A DNA stretch of 62,416 nt, filler included, from Circinaria calcarea (GCA_051942165.1; 3 parts of 3 records of this genome joined end to end with filler, not necessarily neighbours in it); one strand, 5' to 3'. Positions 48,220 to 62,260 are shown, counted from the first letter of the whole stretch. Notes: generated by a model from the letters alone, not told the origin. Translations and numbers: made by a program.

Positions 48220-51200
48220 ATGACTATGGGCATAGTAGAAGAGTTGGCTGCGGAGATTCGCCGTGTGGTGACATCCCCGTACTCGGTATCTTTAAAGGTA
48301 TGTGTAATTTACCTTCCTCCCCGCGAACAGTTTACGCCCACTGCAATTGGATTTGGTAGTAACGTGTATACCCTTGACAGCCCCTTCATGATATCCTTCA
48401 CCATGCGAAAACTCATGATCTTCGAGACTGGGCAGATGGCAATGGCTGCCAACTTAATGGTCTGGCAGCCGCAGTGCTGGAAGAACTGCAGATATGGCCA
48501 TATACTCTAGACATTATACAAAAGCTCGGTGCGTGTGACAATCTACATGGCATGGGAAACTCTGCCCTACTAACTATATGGATCAGCTCCCGTCACTGCT
48601 TTTCGAGATGCCCTGTTACGCCAGAAACCGGCACTACTCATCGTACTGCTAGACAAAGCCGGGCAGTCTGACCCTGATGCTAATCCCGTAGGTCTTATTA
48701 TAGGAGCCAAGGGTGTAACTGATCTCTCAGCAGTACGAGAAGACGTGTATCTCGATGCTCCTAACTTGTCTCCCCGAGGGTTATGCTGTGCCAGCTGCTC
48801 TTCCAGCTTTCCTGCTACGGATATTGGATAAAGCGAGTGAATCACCGTCGGTGATAACCGTCAAGCCTCTTTACTCCCTTATCACAGGGGTTGGAACTGG
48901 CTTTCTTGATATTCTGCCTCCAAGGAGCATCATACGTCTGCAGGAACAGTTGACCGACATAATTAGCAGAAGCGTCCAGGATCCTTCAGTCAGTCTTCTA
49001 TGTCTAGCGGTTCTTGCGAAGATCGCTGCGGACGGCGACGAGGAAGTGGATCAAGAGGATTCTTACTATTTGGCGAAGCGATTTTTCAACAAACGAGCAT
49101 CCAAAACGCTGGATCTTGTTGTACTCTGGGCCGTTCAGATGTGCTCTAGGACTACTTCGGAGAATACGGATGGTTCTCAAGCTATGGAAAATCTGAAGCT
49201 TGCTGCAGAGATTATTCGCGCGGTGAATGCTCATGCTAGAAGTACCTGGATAGCCTTGCCCAAAAATTTGTTAATGACACGGAGGCTGCAGGGGAAGATC
49301 CTATGTAAAGAAGCCAATCATGATGTACGGATAGCTGTCCTTGCGATAATGTCTTCACTAGATGATATGGCGTCCTTGCCAGAGGAATTGGTGTCGGTAC
49401 TCGAAAGCACTCTGGAATGGTCGCCGTTGCCTCATGGCGCTGAAGCTGTCATCGAACAGTACGCAGGTCAATTTTCGGCAAAGGTCGTGCTCTCTCTGTT
49501 GACGAAACTTCTGACGACCTCAAAGCATTGCACTTATGATACGAACATTGTCGTCGATCTTAAGGCAGCAATGTCTATTAGTTTCAGCTTAGCCGGGGCC
49601 ATCAAAACTTCGTCGAATCTAAGGAAAAGATTAACGATAGCCTTAATGTCAAACGATCTCCAAGGCCCCCTCCAGAGATTCCTTGCTTATAAGCGCTGTC
49701 CTGAGAGAGTGGTCAAACACACCCAGCATGAATCTTGTCCTTGCATAATCGAAGACAACCAGCGGCGTTTGCATTATTCCATTTGTACGCTTTTACTGAA
49801 ATCTTCACTAAGTGCATCGGCTTCCGAGACACGAATAGATCCGTCTCTAGCAAGTTCTCTTTTGACGAAATTAGAGACTCTCTCCGTCCCTTCACCAGGG
49901 TGTCTAACTTTCATGGCTCATGAGTCATCCCGGGAAGGGTCATTATCTCCGGTTGAACTTGGCGGTACTCCCATAAACACTAAGAATGATAGGTCCTGGA
50001 GGGGCTGGCTGAAAGAACAGCTTCTGCAAGAATCAGCTCAACGGTATGAGACAGTCGTACAGACAATGGATCGTGTCTGCCGTGACCTTGAAACCAGATG
50101 TAATACTGTTGAACAGCCTCTTCGGGAGGAGCAAGCAAGATCAAACGAGCTTGCGAGTCAACTGGAAACCTTGAAAACCGAAAACAGCAAACTTGAAATT
50201 GAAGCGCAAGAATATCGGATGGTTCTAGACGGCCTCGAGTCCGAAAAGAAAGGTTTCACCGATCGAATTGAGGATGCTGAGATACGTCTAGAGAGATCCT
50301 TGGGAGAGCTGCAGAACTTACAACGGATGTTTGAGCATGAAAAGCAGCAAGCCGCAGCTGATGCGCGAAGATTTGAATTGGCTGCAAATCAACGTGAACT
50401 CGAATATCTTGCTACCAAAGCTGCAGATGACGAAACAATCGATGAACAGATTTCACGATTATTAACGCTTCAGGAAGAGTTAGAAGCTGCCGAAGCCAAG
50501 GTCGCAACCCTCGGCTCTGAAGCATCGACATCCAGGAGAAGAAAGATTGAGCTCGAGATGGTAATCCACGAGTATGATGTACGATCTACGGAGACAGATA
50601 TGCACATGCGCAAGACTGAGACAGAGATGGCCCGTCTTCTACAAGTTGAGCTCGATCAGTCACGCCTAGTAGAGTCCCTACGGTCTCAGGTCGGTCTACC
50701 ATGGTCTCTCATAATCCAAGCGCAATCTAATGGCTGAGTTGTATAGATTGAGGATTTGCTTACCGCGGCTAAGAAAGCTGAGGTCGAATTGACGGATAAT
50801 GTTGCCTGCTTAAGGCTAGAAATATCTGACATGCAACGAAAGCACGACAACGATCTTGCTCACAAAGATTCGCAAGTGAGAACCCCTTGAAGTTGTACAT
50901 TTTACCTCGCAATCACTGACATCAATAAAATATAGCTCGCCGAGCAGGAAGGCCGATTTAATCAAACTATAATGCAGCTACAAAGAGGAGTCGATGAAGG
51001 GAGAGAGGAGGCAACTGCGAAAGCCAAGCACCATCAACGGGTAGTTTCTGGTTTGGAAGAGAAGGTTAGGCAACTCCCAATAGGCTTGAGAACATCAAGG
51101 ATTGACAATACGCATCTTAGATTAGAAAATTGCGAAAGGAGTGCGACAAGCACGTAAGGGAATCTGCGGAGGCACAAATTGATATGAAGAATAGAATGAT

Positions 51201-51762
51201 GGCGGCTATAGGAGTTCAGCCTGGATTGTCTACAGCGGAGAGACCACAGGTTCAGGTGCCCTTAGTCAACGCATCTGAGAAATCCCCCTTTGTCGAAGAC
51301 CAAATCCAGCAGAGCCCCACTCAAGACCTTTTACGTTCCTTTGCGCCGAGTGTGTCTAGCAGGAGCGGATCAACCCCAAAGCGGTCCAAGCCAAGGCGAA
51401 GCATGAAAACCCCAATTATGCAACAGTCGAGGGTATCAATGGGCCACAATACGGTACGTGGTGCACGTGGTGATTGTCCTCGGTCACAAAGGCAGCCTCT
51501 CAAGGACCTTGGCTTCGACGGGCAGAACAAATCCATGCCTAGTCCAAACCAACTTGCAAGTAAATTTGGAGATGATAACGGGCCATCCACTCCTGGAGAG
51601 GTAGGAAGAGATGGTCACATATATGATGCCGATGGACTAGGAGATCTTTCCTTTGAAGATAGCAACGTCTTTGCTAGCACCGACCATCGACGGGAGGACA
51701 AAAACGGATGTTCTGCTGACCGAGACATATACGATGAAACGACAGCAGACTTTGGTTCTTGA
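48220..51762 (+). CDS. Large unknown protein (~1050 aa): helical N-terminal region, long coiled coil, disordered tail; six introns
   Basis: Canonical GT-AG introns join MTMGIVEELAAEIRRVVTSPYSVSLK|PLHDIL...|APVTAFRDALL...|YEKTCISML to ORFs 48755, 50972 and 51130; heptad-rich CRDLETRCNTVEQPLREEQARS region. Confidence 0.8.
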
Positions 51763-53242
51763 TACTTAACAACAAAGCTGTCAACCTAGAGTAATTGGAA
51801 AGTTTTGTTGCACGGCTCACGGCGGCGTTGGTAAGGTTTCAACGAGGCCTGTGGTTCTGGGATTAGGATACTTGCATCCAACAGCTGATCCATGATAAAT
51901 AGTCGTAAGCTATAATGCATGTTTACAGTTGGATACGCTGTCGCCCAGCAATATGCATGGTTGTATGGATGAACGATCCTTGACTTTTAGGCGCTCTAGA
52001 TGAGGTGAGATGAATACAGGTCTATACACCATCGTTTTCCGCTCCTACAATTTCCAGCCCATGCTTTCCTAGCGTGCATTTTGGGATTAATGATGTACAG
52101 GAGGGTGCAAGTTTCTTCCATTGGCTAGGGCCATGGAATTAACAGATGACAGGTATTAGGAGAACATAAACTCTACAAAGGTCCATTCGGACTTTTCTAC
52201 AGTCATATATATATATTATATATCACATGTCGCCCGAAGCTACCCGAAGCTACGGGAAGGCCGCATATCCAGTCTCTGCCAGATCAACCAACCGGTACAA
52301 CCGAGAGATGAAACTGCAATTACTGCGGGTAGTCTCTTTACATATCGTTTCATACACTTTGCTGATATTGTATCCTTGTCTGGTACTTAGGTATATTACC
52401 TTTTTTGGGACATCATCTTTATTCCGTCCATGAGAGTGGAATCACTGATTTTCGAGTGCACTGGCAATTAAGAGTTCTTTGTCGGTTGCTGTTAGATTTC
52501 ACCTACGGTACAAAGACAAACATAACAAAGTTTGCCCCTCGTTAGCCTCTGTCTCTCGCTGATTCGGGCTTATGAGATCCGCATCCTGAATCGGTTGACG
52601 AGATATCCTATTCCTCATTCCCTACCTGGCCATTCACATATCAGTGATAGCTATGGACCGTCAATTTCCATATTTAAACCAGGTCCGGTGTACATTATTG
52701 TACATCTAGGGGAGAGTGCATCGAAGGGGGCTCTATTCCGACCAACTAGGAACAGGATAAGCGAGCGGAATATTAAATTAGGGGCAAGGACACGGTTCAG
52801 CAGTAAGGGCCGGGAAATGGCAAAGGAGTGTAGTGAATACGTCCGCTTCCTTAGCGCACTTTATGGTCAACACACCAGAGCACCCATCACAGGGTATTCA
52901 CCACAGAACACTTTGATCCAATCCTCTTTCCTAGTCATCTTCCCCGAACACAATCATATGGAAGAGTCTCAACCGTCTTGACCTGTCATAATCATTCTTG
53001 CACACACCAGGTCTTTCGAAGACATATCTCAGCATTACTTCCGTTAAAACCGCTACTACAGATCTATATCTGTGATCCGATCGAGAGGGACAGTCTGTTT
53101 GGACAAGCATGGTACTGGCTTGAACAATTGGTTCCTAGAGCGGTCCCTACCACCAGACCAACAACTTCTAGATGGGTGTTAATCTCTGTTAAACACTACT
53201 ATCTAAAGAATAGAAAGAGCCTTGTGGAGTGTGTATGCTACG

Positions 53243-56200
53243 ATGCTCACGCCACGAAGGGCCAATTCCTCGGTCGATTTGACTGGTCCCAGAGACCTGT
53301 CGAGCTGTGTTTATGTTGCACTACCCATTCAAGATTACAGAAAACCCCAGTTGCAGGGATTGCGAAGCGAAGCCGGTGCCGTTCCTCCGGTGGTGGACAC
53401 CAAACCGGCCCTACCTTCTCTGGCATCTTCATCACCCACATCCACTCCACCGATTGTCAACTTGAGTTCCATCACATATCCAGTCCTAGAGCCATTAACT
53501 CACATTCAGAATCTTCTCCTTCATGGTGTAGGTGGGAAGCAGCAGTTGCACAAAGCAAATGTAAGTATGCTGCGGATGAGTTCACTGGAGCTGGACACAA
53601 CCCCATTAAGCACCCGGGGTGAGGCTGCAAAACTGACGCTAGCAGGTAAAGTCGTCCAAAGTGAGGAGTGAACACCAAGTGAATGGCCATGTGAACGGGG
53701 CAACTCCGAGTATGGCCGCCAAAGAGCAGTCCTTCTTGCTTCAAGCACGCGGTAAAGATGCACATGACTTGCAGCTGCATCAGACCACTTATGGGCAGCC
53801 TAATTACCCACTATCAAGTCCAAACAGCCACAGCATCAACCACACCGGGAATCCCAAAGGAAAGCAAGCATCGCCCCAGCGTGGCCAGCAAGTGGAGCTG
53901 CAACACAACCGACCCCACCATAGCTTCAGACGAACTCCAGTGGATGGCGACTCCATGATGATACAAGGTCCGCCATCATCTGCTGGGAGACAGAATAATA
54001 TCTTCTCGCGTCCATTACCTCAAAACTCCAATGGGACGACGCACCGTTCACTGGCTGGTAGGATGGGCGGACGTCAAGATAACTGGGCTGAGTGGCCTGA
54101 GCTGGGCGTCAGAATATCTGAACTACCTAAAGATGTCACCACGAGGGATATCTGGGCAGCACTGAAAGGGGAAGGTCAGATCGTTACCATTGAGATCTTC
54201 GAGGACCAAAACGGCAAACGGAATGGCAGAGCACGAGTTAGATTCAGGTAAGGCGCAGACAGCCTTGATGAGTGGGTTAGACTGACTACAGGGGCAGTCC
54301 TCCACCAGCAAAGGCGTTTTGGGAGGAACCTACCTATGCCATGGTAGTCGGTGGCAAGCCCATGCCTATCCAGGTCAAATTGGAGCTTGACACTTCAAAG
54401 CGGCTCTTCCTTACCTCGAGCCCTGTCAATCCAAAAGTCAAGTATCCCGAAATTATGGTGAGTCGCTGATATTGGCTGCTCCTGCGACCTCAAACTTAGA
54501 TTGACCCTTAATTTAGACCATGACGGCTGACATCCTTGACTTTGGCTTCATGTACGAACCAAGTGCGATGATGGGAATGCATCGGGTACATCCAAGACCA
54601 GGATCCGGAATTCAGTTTCGTCTCAACTTGCACCGTCGAGAGATTGATATCTTCTTCCAGCTAGTAATCGAGGATCCACGTTGGGAGAAATTCAGACGAG
54701 CCCAAAGAGACAGCACTAAAATAGTGATACAGCCAGCAAGCCTCGGAAAGTCGGATCGCGTTGAGTCGTTGCGCTTTTGTATTCCCTTCGCTCAACCTCT
54801 TGATGTTCACGAAATTGGAACTGCGGCACAAGTCATACTACTCATCTCGATGGAGACTCCCCCAAATTTCTATAGGAAATTCGATGAAGGGGCCACCCAC
54901 GAACCCAGCGCCAATTACTGGAACCATAGGGATGCATGGTTTCGCCAGACCGATATCCTATACAGTCGTAAAACACTGAAGGAAGCCTTCCTCAGTCTCA
55001 AGAAGTCAAAACCGATCATTGATATTGGTAAGTTAGGGTAGACGATGCTTCAAACCACTCTGACTAATATGGTACCCCTCAGGCCGGTGGATGACTTATC
55101 GCTTTGTTTTCAACATGCACAAGAATGATCGAGTAATATACGAGACCATGCGTAGCGCCTTGAAGGACTTCAATGTCGAGATCAGACCGCTGGCGGACTT
55201 CAAACTGCTGACGCATCGTGAGCCAGCCGTGTGGGAATACATTGATAAGCCCATCATGACAAAAAGGAGGAAGACATTCAATGCATTGGACGAGCTAATT
55301 GAGGATGTAGTACCATCTCTTTCCTTCTCAGTACGATATCAGCTGGAAGTTTGCATTTCCCAAGGTTATCTCAACGAGCATAACCTGACGCAAGAATTCG
55401 TTGATAAGCTCATAGGCATGAAGGATACCGAAGCTCAGGATCTCCTTGAGTACGTTGCGCACCAGAAGCGACGCTTCTACCGGCCAATGGAGATATTCGA
55501 CATTAAGATTATCAAAGGCTCTGCATCAAGACTGAAGATTCCCCACTACTGTGCCTACATTCGGTCAGCCACAGTGACACCAACTACAATCTATTACAAC
55601 ACTCCTACCGTGGACACTTCCAATCGGATTATTCGCCAATATGCCGAATATGCTGATCGGTTCTTGCGTGTTCGTTTCACTGATGAGAAGTTTCAGGTAT
55701 GAGAGTAGGCCTTACCCGTGCCGTGTGACTGTGCTGATTTGTTCAAGGGGAATATCTTTGCGAATGATGGCGAGACTATGAACGAGGTTTTCACTCGCAT
55801 CAAGCGTGCTATGAATAATGGAATCACTATTGGCGACCGTCATTATGAATTTCTCGCCTTCGGGAACTCGCAATTCCGTGACCATGGAGCCTACTTTTTC
55901 GCTCCGGTCGAACACCTTCGTCCGGAGGATATACGAAGATGGATGGGTGATTTCAAAGATATCAAGATTGTGGCAAAGCATGCTGCTCGCCTTGGTCAAT
56001 GCTTCTCGACGACACGTGCCATAAACGGGACCAAAGTAACTGTGAAGCCTACGAATGACATCAAGCGTGGGAAATACACCTTCACCGACGGTGTAGGTAA
56101 GATATCCAAGTTTCTAGCGCAACTGGCTGCCTCAGAATTGGGTCTTGCGATGCCATCTGGGGAGCCTCCGTCGGTCTATCAATTTCGTCTGGGCGGCTGT

Positions 56201-59200
56201 AAGGGCATTCTTACGCTCTGTCCGGACGTGAAGATGCGGGAACTTCATATCCGTCAAAGCCAGGAGAAGTTTGGAGCCTGCCATGAAGGCTTGGAAATCG
56301 TGCGCTGGTCACAATTCGCTTCAGCATATCTAAACCGACAGATTATCATCGTACTCTCGGCGCTCGGAGTACCAGATCATGTCTTTGTGGATAAACTGAA
56401 GCAACAGCTATCAAACCTTGAACAGGCCATGATAGATGAGACTATGTCGTTGAGCTTGCTGCAAAGGGAAATTGATCCGAATCAGATGACTCTTGCAATC
56501 GCGGGTATGGTACTGGACGGCTTTCAGAAGGTACGAGAACCGTTCCTGGTCTCTCTGCTGCAGCTTTGGAGGGCATGGTCAATAAAGTATCTCAAGGAGA
56601 AGGCTAAGATCCTAGTACACGAAGGGGCATTACTCCTTGGCTGCGTTGATGAAACAGGAACACTTAAAGGCCATTTTAACAATCAACAGCCTGGCCCTGC
56701 TGCTACGCTTGAAAAGAGACTAGCTGCTCTACCAGAGATCTTTGTACAGTTATCAAAGGGAGAAAATGACAAGCCTCAGGTCATCGAAGGCCCAATTACT
56801 CTGGCTCGAAACCCTTCACTTCATCCAGGTGACATTCGCATTGTTCGGGGCGTCAATGTACCTGCGCTTCACCATCTCAAGGACGTTGTTGTTCTACCAC
56901 AAACTGGCGATCGAGATGTCTCCAACATGTGCTCAGGCGGGGACCTTGATGGAGACGACTACATGGTCATATGGGATAAGAACCTTCTCCCTGTGGAGTG
57001 GAATCATCCACCGATGAATTATACCCCTCCCGCCCCTGTGCGAGTGGAGCGGGAAGTTAGTACCAATGACATTACTTCATTCTTTGTTACATACATGAAA
57101 AACGATACTTTGCCAAGGATAGCTCATGCACATCTGGCCACTGCGGACTACATGGCGGACGGCGTGAAAAACGAGAAGTGTAAACTTTTATATTTTCTCT
57201 GCTGGACTGAACTCAGCTAATGTCCTTACAGGTCTGAGGCTTGCTGATCTTCACTCCGTAGCCGTGGACTACGTCAAAACCGGCGTCCCAGCTGTAATGT
57301 CCTCTGACCTACGCCCGAAGAAGTGGCCGCATTTCATGGAAAAGGTCCATAAGCCAAAAGAGCAGATTTATATCTCACAAAAGGTGCTGGGCCAATTGTA
57401 TGACCAAGTCGAGCGGGTTGACTTCGTACCCGATTATGATGCCCCGTTCGATAAGCGTATTCTCACCGCCTATGACATGACAGAGCAAATAATGTCTGAC
57501 GCAGCGGAAATTAAAGAGCAGTATGATGCAGCTATGTATCGTATAATGGCCCAACATGACATACGTACTGAATTCGAGGTGTGGTCGACTTTTGTCATGC
57601 ACCATGCCAACCAAAGCAAAGATTTCAAATTTCACGAAGAAATGGGTGAGATCTCAGTTGCATTGAAAGACCGCTTCCGAGCTGCTTGTTATGATAAAGC
57701 TGGAGGTAAGGATTTCGACAAGATTGGTCCTTTCGTCGCCGCTATGTACACTGTGACCCATCGTGAAATGGTAAAAGCGCTTGCAGAATGTCGTGAGCTC
57801 AAGGTCGTTGATGGAAGGGATACGTATGCTAGGCAGAGGTCTGCGAAGACAATGCCTTTGATGAGCTTTCCCTGGCTCTTTCATAACCACCTAGGAAAAA
57901 TTGCTAATGGCGTACTACGCCCATCAGCTGCAGATAAAGCTGAGGCTTCTGATTTCATTCGGAGTGGTGGGTCGAGGAAGTTCGTTCCAAAGAAAAGCCG
58001 TGCTGGGGTGAATCCTTCGAACGAGGATACGCTCGAGACGGCCCAAGGTACGATACATCGTGGAGAGCTGCTTGAGCTATTTTCCCACGAGGATGACAAG
58101 ATAGCATCCATGAGTGATAACCCTGGCAGTTCGCACCCAGAAAGTTCCGAACAGGATTCGCCTATTTCACCGGAAGAAGATGCATACGCAGGCCTAGATG
58201 ACTTCGAGAAATTATCGGCTTATGGCACAAAACCGGATCTTCTCGACGATCTCATTGTTCCTTCCACTGATATGAAACCTGTTCTTGATACCGGGGCCAA
58301 GACCGCTAAAGCCGTGCCGAGTAAGGGGCTGGTCGACTTGTGTGCTGTTGGAGAAGCTGATACTCCTGATCAAAATACTTCCTCAGTCTCTGCCACAGAT
58401 ACAGATACAGATGCGTTTGCAGGCCTCGAACAATCCGATATTTGGCCTACTTTGACACCTACCAAGTCCAGCCGTCTCACCGGTGCCGAGGTAGAGGGAG
58501 ATCTCTTTGGTCTATCCAACGTCAGTAGCACAGTGCAGGATAAACAAGAATCCCCATCAAGCACCGTGATTGATGGGAACTTGGAAGATGAGGATAATGT
58601 AACAAACCGTGTAATTAGCCGGATACCAGCTCTGGAGGAACACACGTGTGCAGGACCTTCAAAGTCTTTAACGATGTCTCCACCTAGTAAAGGGTCTCCC
58701 GCTCCCGATTGTCATCCTCATTCACAAGTAGGCAGCAAAACCGGCCTTATATTCAGAGCCCCGGAGACCAAGCCTATGATGATGGTACCTAAATTAGGCA
58801 CTTTGGTTGACTTTGGGCCTGACGACAAAGAGACCCGCGCTGACGAGAAAGTTGTTGGATCGAGCAAAGACCAGGTTCCAGTAGCGAAGTCAGGTGCAGA
58901 CCCATTTTCCGGGCTGCATGGCTTGGAGAGCATATCTATACTTCACAAACCGCCCGCATCCTCTGACCGCCCAGTTGTCTCCCAAGCGGAAAGTATGCTC
59001 GACCTAGGAGGTAAAACGGACGAAAGCTCCGTCGTCGGCAATGCTCTAGGTGCTACAGGAGTTGGAACCTTGATTGATTTTGATTTCGACGAAGATGAGC
59101 CAACCGATCAAGCCTTCAGTACTATGTCAACTACGCCGAAACTAGCATCTTTTGCTCCTGAGTATGACCTGCTCATGGGTATAGACGAATTTGATGTGCT

Positions 59201-59519
59201 ATCACCTGGGCAGGAAATGGACTCTAGCTCAGCCACGACTTTAGGAGTCAAGATTGGGGGTGGTTTCGCGAAAGAGGAAGATCTTATGCAAGGAGATGCA
59301 TTTCCTCCGCATAGTCTCAACGGGATTGCAGATGGGGAAACCATGCACTGGACCCGAGGACCCAAGGTTAGCCAACCAGCAAACGGTGGTAGTAAGGATG
59401 ATTCGGAGGACAAGTATGAGATTGGTAGTGACGGTAATGATGGAGAGGAAGAGGTCATCCTCCCCATCAGCTTCGAACCGTCGCCGTTTGAACGTCTGGA
59501 AGCCTTACTAAATAGCTGA
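53243..59519 (+). CDS. sad-1: Cellular RNA-dependent RNA polymerase, SAD-1 (meiotic silencing) type; introns 53561-53645, 54248-54297, 54458-54516, 55028-55082, 55697-55747, 57180-57231; start uncertain
   Basis: N-terminal RRM-like WPELGVRISELP...ARVRFS|PPPAKAFW; DRFLRVRFTDE, YEFLAFGNSQFRDHGAYF, AARLGQCFSTT, FTDGVGKIS, QFRLGGCKG, LARNPSLHPGDIR, catalytic CSGGDLDGDDY, LHSVAVDYVKTG. The RdRP call is firm; the SAD-1 clade is inferred from the N-terminal architecture. Confidence 0.9.
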
Positions 59520-59839
59520 AGGGCGAGTAGTCTACTTTTGAAGGAGAAGTTGCATCCTTGTGGCATTAGGCAGACGGTTATATGAGCATAAACCGCAGTA
59601 GCAATTGCAAAAAGCATCAAGCATGTATTGCGTGAGCGTGACAGTTATTATGCACTTTACCACCAACTCCAGGACATGAACTCGTTTATTTTATCGTTTT
59701 ACGCTTCCTACAGCTCCTTGGAACCCTCCATATCTACTCAAACCTACGAGGTAAATAAGTCGACCACTTGATATGTCTTGATCATGTATCCAACAATAAT
59801 CCTCACCTGTTCCTTTCGACAGTTGCCTTTGGTCACCCG

Positions 59840-60842
59840 ATGACATCAAAGACCCGCATCCCTTCACTTCTCGCCCCATACCTCACAGCATCCCAAAGTG
59901 CAGGTCTCATCCTCGTCACATCGGTTCTTGGCGCCTCGGTCAACTGGCTTGTTCTACGGTTTTTACTTGTTGCACTGTTGCCTTTTATCGGCAGTGCAGA
60001 GTCTCGAGAAGCGGTAGTAGACTCCAAAGACGGCAATATCAATGTCCTACTTGTCAGTTTCCTTAGGGATTGGGAATTTTGGCGAGATGGTGGCAGGAGG
60101 ATGGTAGGTGCGCCAACGTGAATGCTTGGAAGCTCGCAGGAAGCTCGTGCTGACAGACGTAACCAGGGTCTTGATCTTACCAGGCTAGCCAAGGAGGGCA
60201 GCTTTGCGTTCGTGGATGGCTTGAGTAACCTATTTGGAGAGGATGGGTCAGACCGGAGGCGGGATCGCGAAAGGGGTCAGGGCCAGGCGCACGAGACGCT
60301 CTTGAAGGATGCAAAGCTTGCCGCTGTGGAGAAGAGCTTATTGGCAGCGATCGATGGTATCGCAGGAGGGAAGGCAGACAGTGGCCGTACGATGCTTGTC
60401 TTGGATGGGATAGACTTCCTCCTTGCGGCTGCCGATATAGACTCGCAATCTTTGACAGAAATGTTGGCACAGCTCTGCATGGTGAGATACCAGCTCCCCC
60501 TCTCGATATTGTGCACTCGAATCCTCCGTCGCCAAAGATGCTCACAGCTAGGTGTATTTCTAGCATGTCGATTCCACCGTCATTACCGCCTCGGCCGACT
60601 ATCCACTTACTCAGTCTCCCAGCACTTCACTCGAGACCAACCATACCGCCTTCGTGACGGGCTTAGCGCATCAAGCGACGTTTGTTATGGGGCTACGGCT
60701 CCTGGATACCGGCACGGCGAAGGATATCAGTGGAGTTTTGAGGATTACGAGGGGGCCGGAAGGAGATAGCGTGGAAGAGAAGGAAGTCCTATACTACGTC
60801 GGAGGAGATGGAGGCGTCAGGGTCTTTGAGAGAGGAAGCTAA
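59840..60842 (+). CDS. ELP6: Elongator complex subunit 6; introns ~60104-60166 and 60482-60563
   Basis: RIPSLLAPY, LILVTSVLGASVNWLVLRFL, VLLVSFLRDWEFW, FAFVDGLS, LVLDGIDFLLA, LAHQA...LRLLDTGTAKDISGVLRIT...EVLYYVGGDGGVRVFERG. Confidence 0.9.
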
Positions 60843-61272
60843 GGGCGCGAATAGGCAGAGAAGAACGTTTCTGACAGTCATGGAGACCTTTCCGGGGCGT
60901 ATGTAGCACGTTCTGTATCTTCTCAGTGCAAACGCAAGTAGAACGAGCTGCAGTCGAAAGCGATGGTATCAATTGTTCAAACTGTTGAGGCAGACTCGAG
61001 AGATTGAGGCTTAAAGTACTCGGAATCTTTTGATCTAATTGCTTTGAATTAAACTCGTTGGTGCTACTGGTAGAAATGCCCCGTGCACGATAGACCCAGC
61101 CCTATTACGCTAAATGGCCGCACAATTCACTAAGCGAATATCGGGACCGCGAACACCTCACGGGCAACGACACCATAAACCACCACAGCGTAAAGCGCAA
61201 GGGTAAGATTATTCTGTCTTATTGAAGACGCCCGCTGACAAGTCGTCTATCGTATAGAAACCTTCAATCACA

Positions 61273-61781
<509 letters not shown>

Positions 61782-62260
61782 TGGGGGCGATGGAAGGGAA
61801 ATGGGGTTAAAGTTTTTGCAGGATGGTTTAGCTACGATGTAGTTACAATTTGCCAGAGCTTGTACTCCGAAGAATTGAATACGGTTCAAGCATTGAAGCA
61901 GTCATATCAGGGAGTGGCTGCTGACGTGTGATGTACTCCTGTGCCTTCGTGGTATATCAATTGCGCCCCGAGAGGACCACACGACCTTGGGGGCTCCTCC
62001 ATTTCCTGACCCGTGGATACCTCCTACGATATAGACCTTCTCGCGATTCTCTCCCCTAATGTTCTTTCTATTCTCGGAACGCGCCTGCGTTACTTTCGTT
62101 GTTATTTCGCAGAAAGGTAATGGCGCACTTCTTCGTATATAATTCCCCGATTCCCTCTACGTTCACTATACCATTCACATTCGCATTCTCTCGGTATCCA
62201 CAGTACCATTCACCAAGCCTTCACATTATCATTCATCTCATCATTCACACCGCATTCACA

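Noticed and set aside
52200..53240. ORFs 52227, 52532 and 52978, the (AT)n run and the CCCGAAGCTA doublet upstream of the RdRP
   Set aside because: The ORFs lack coding character (two start at non-ATG codons) and the repeats are trivial.
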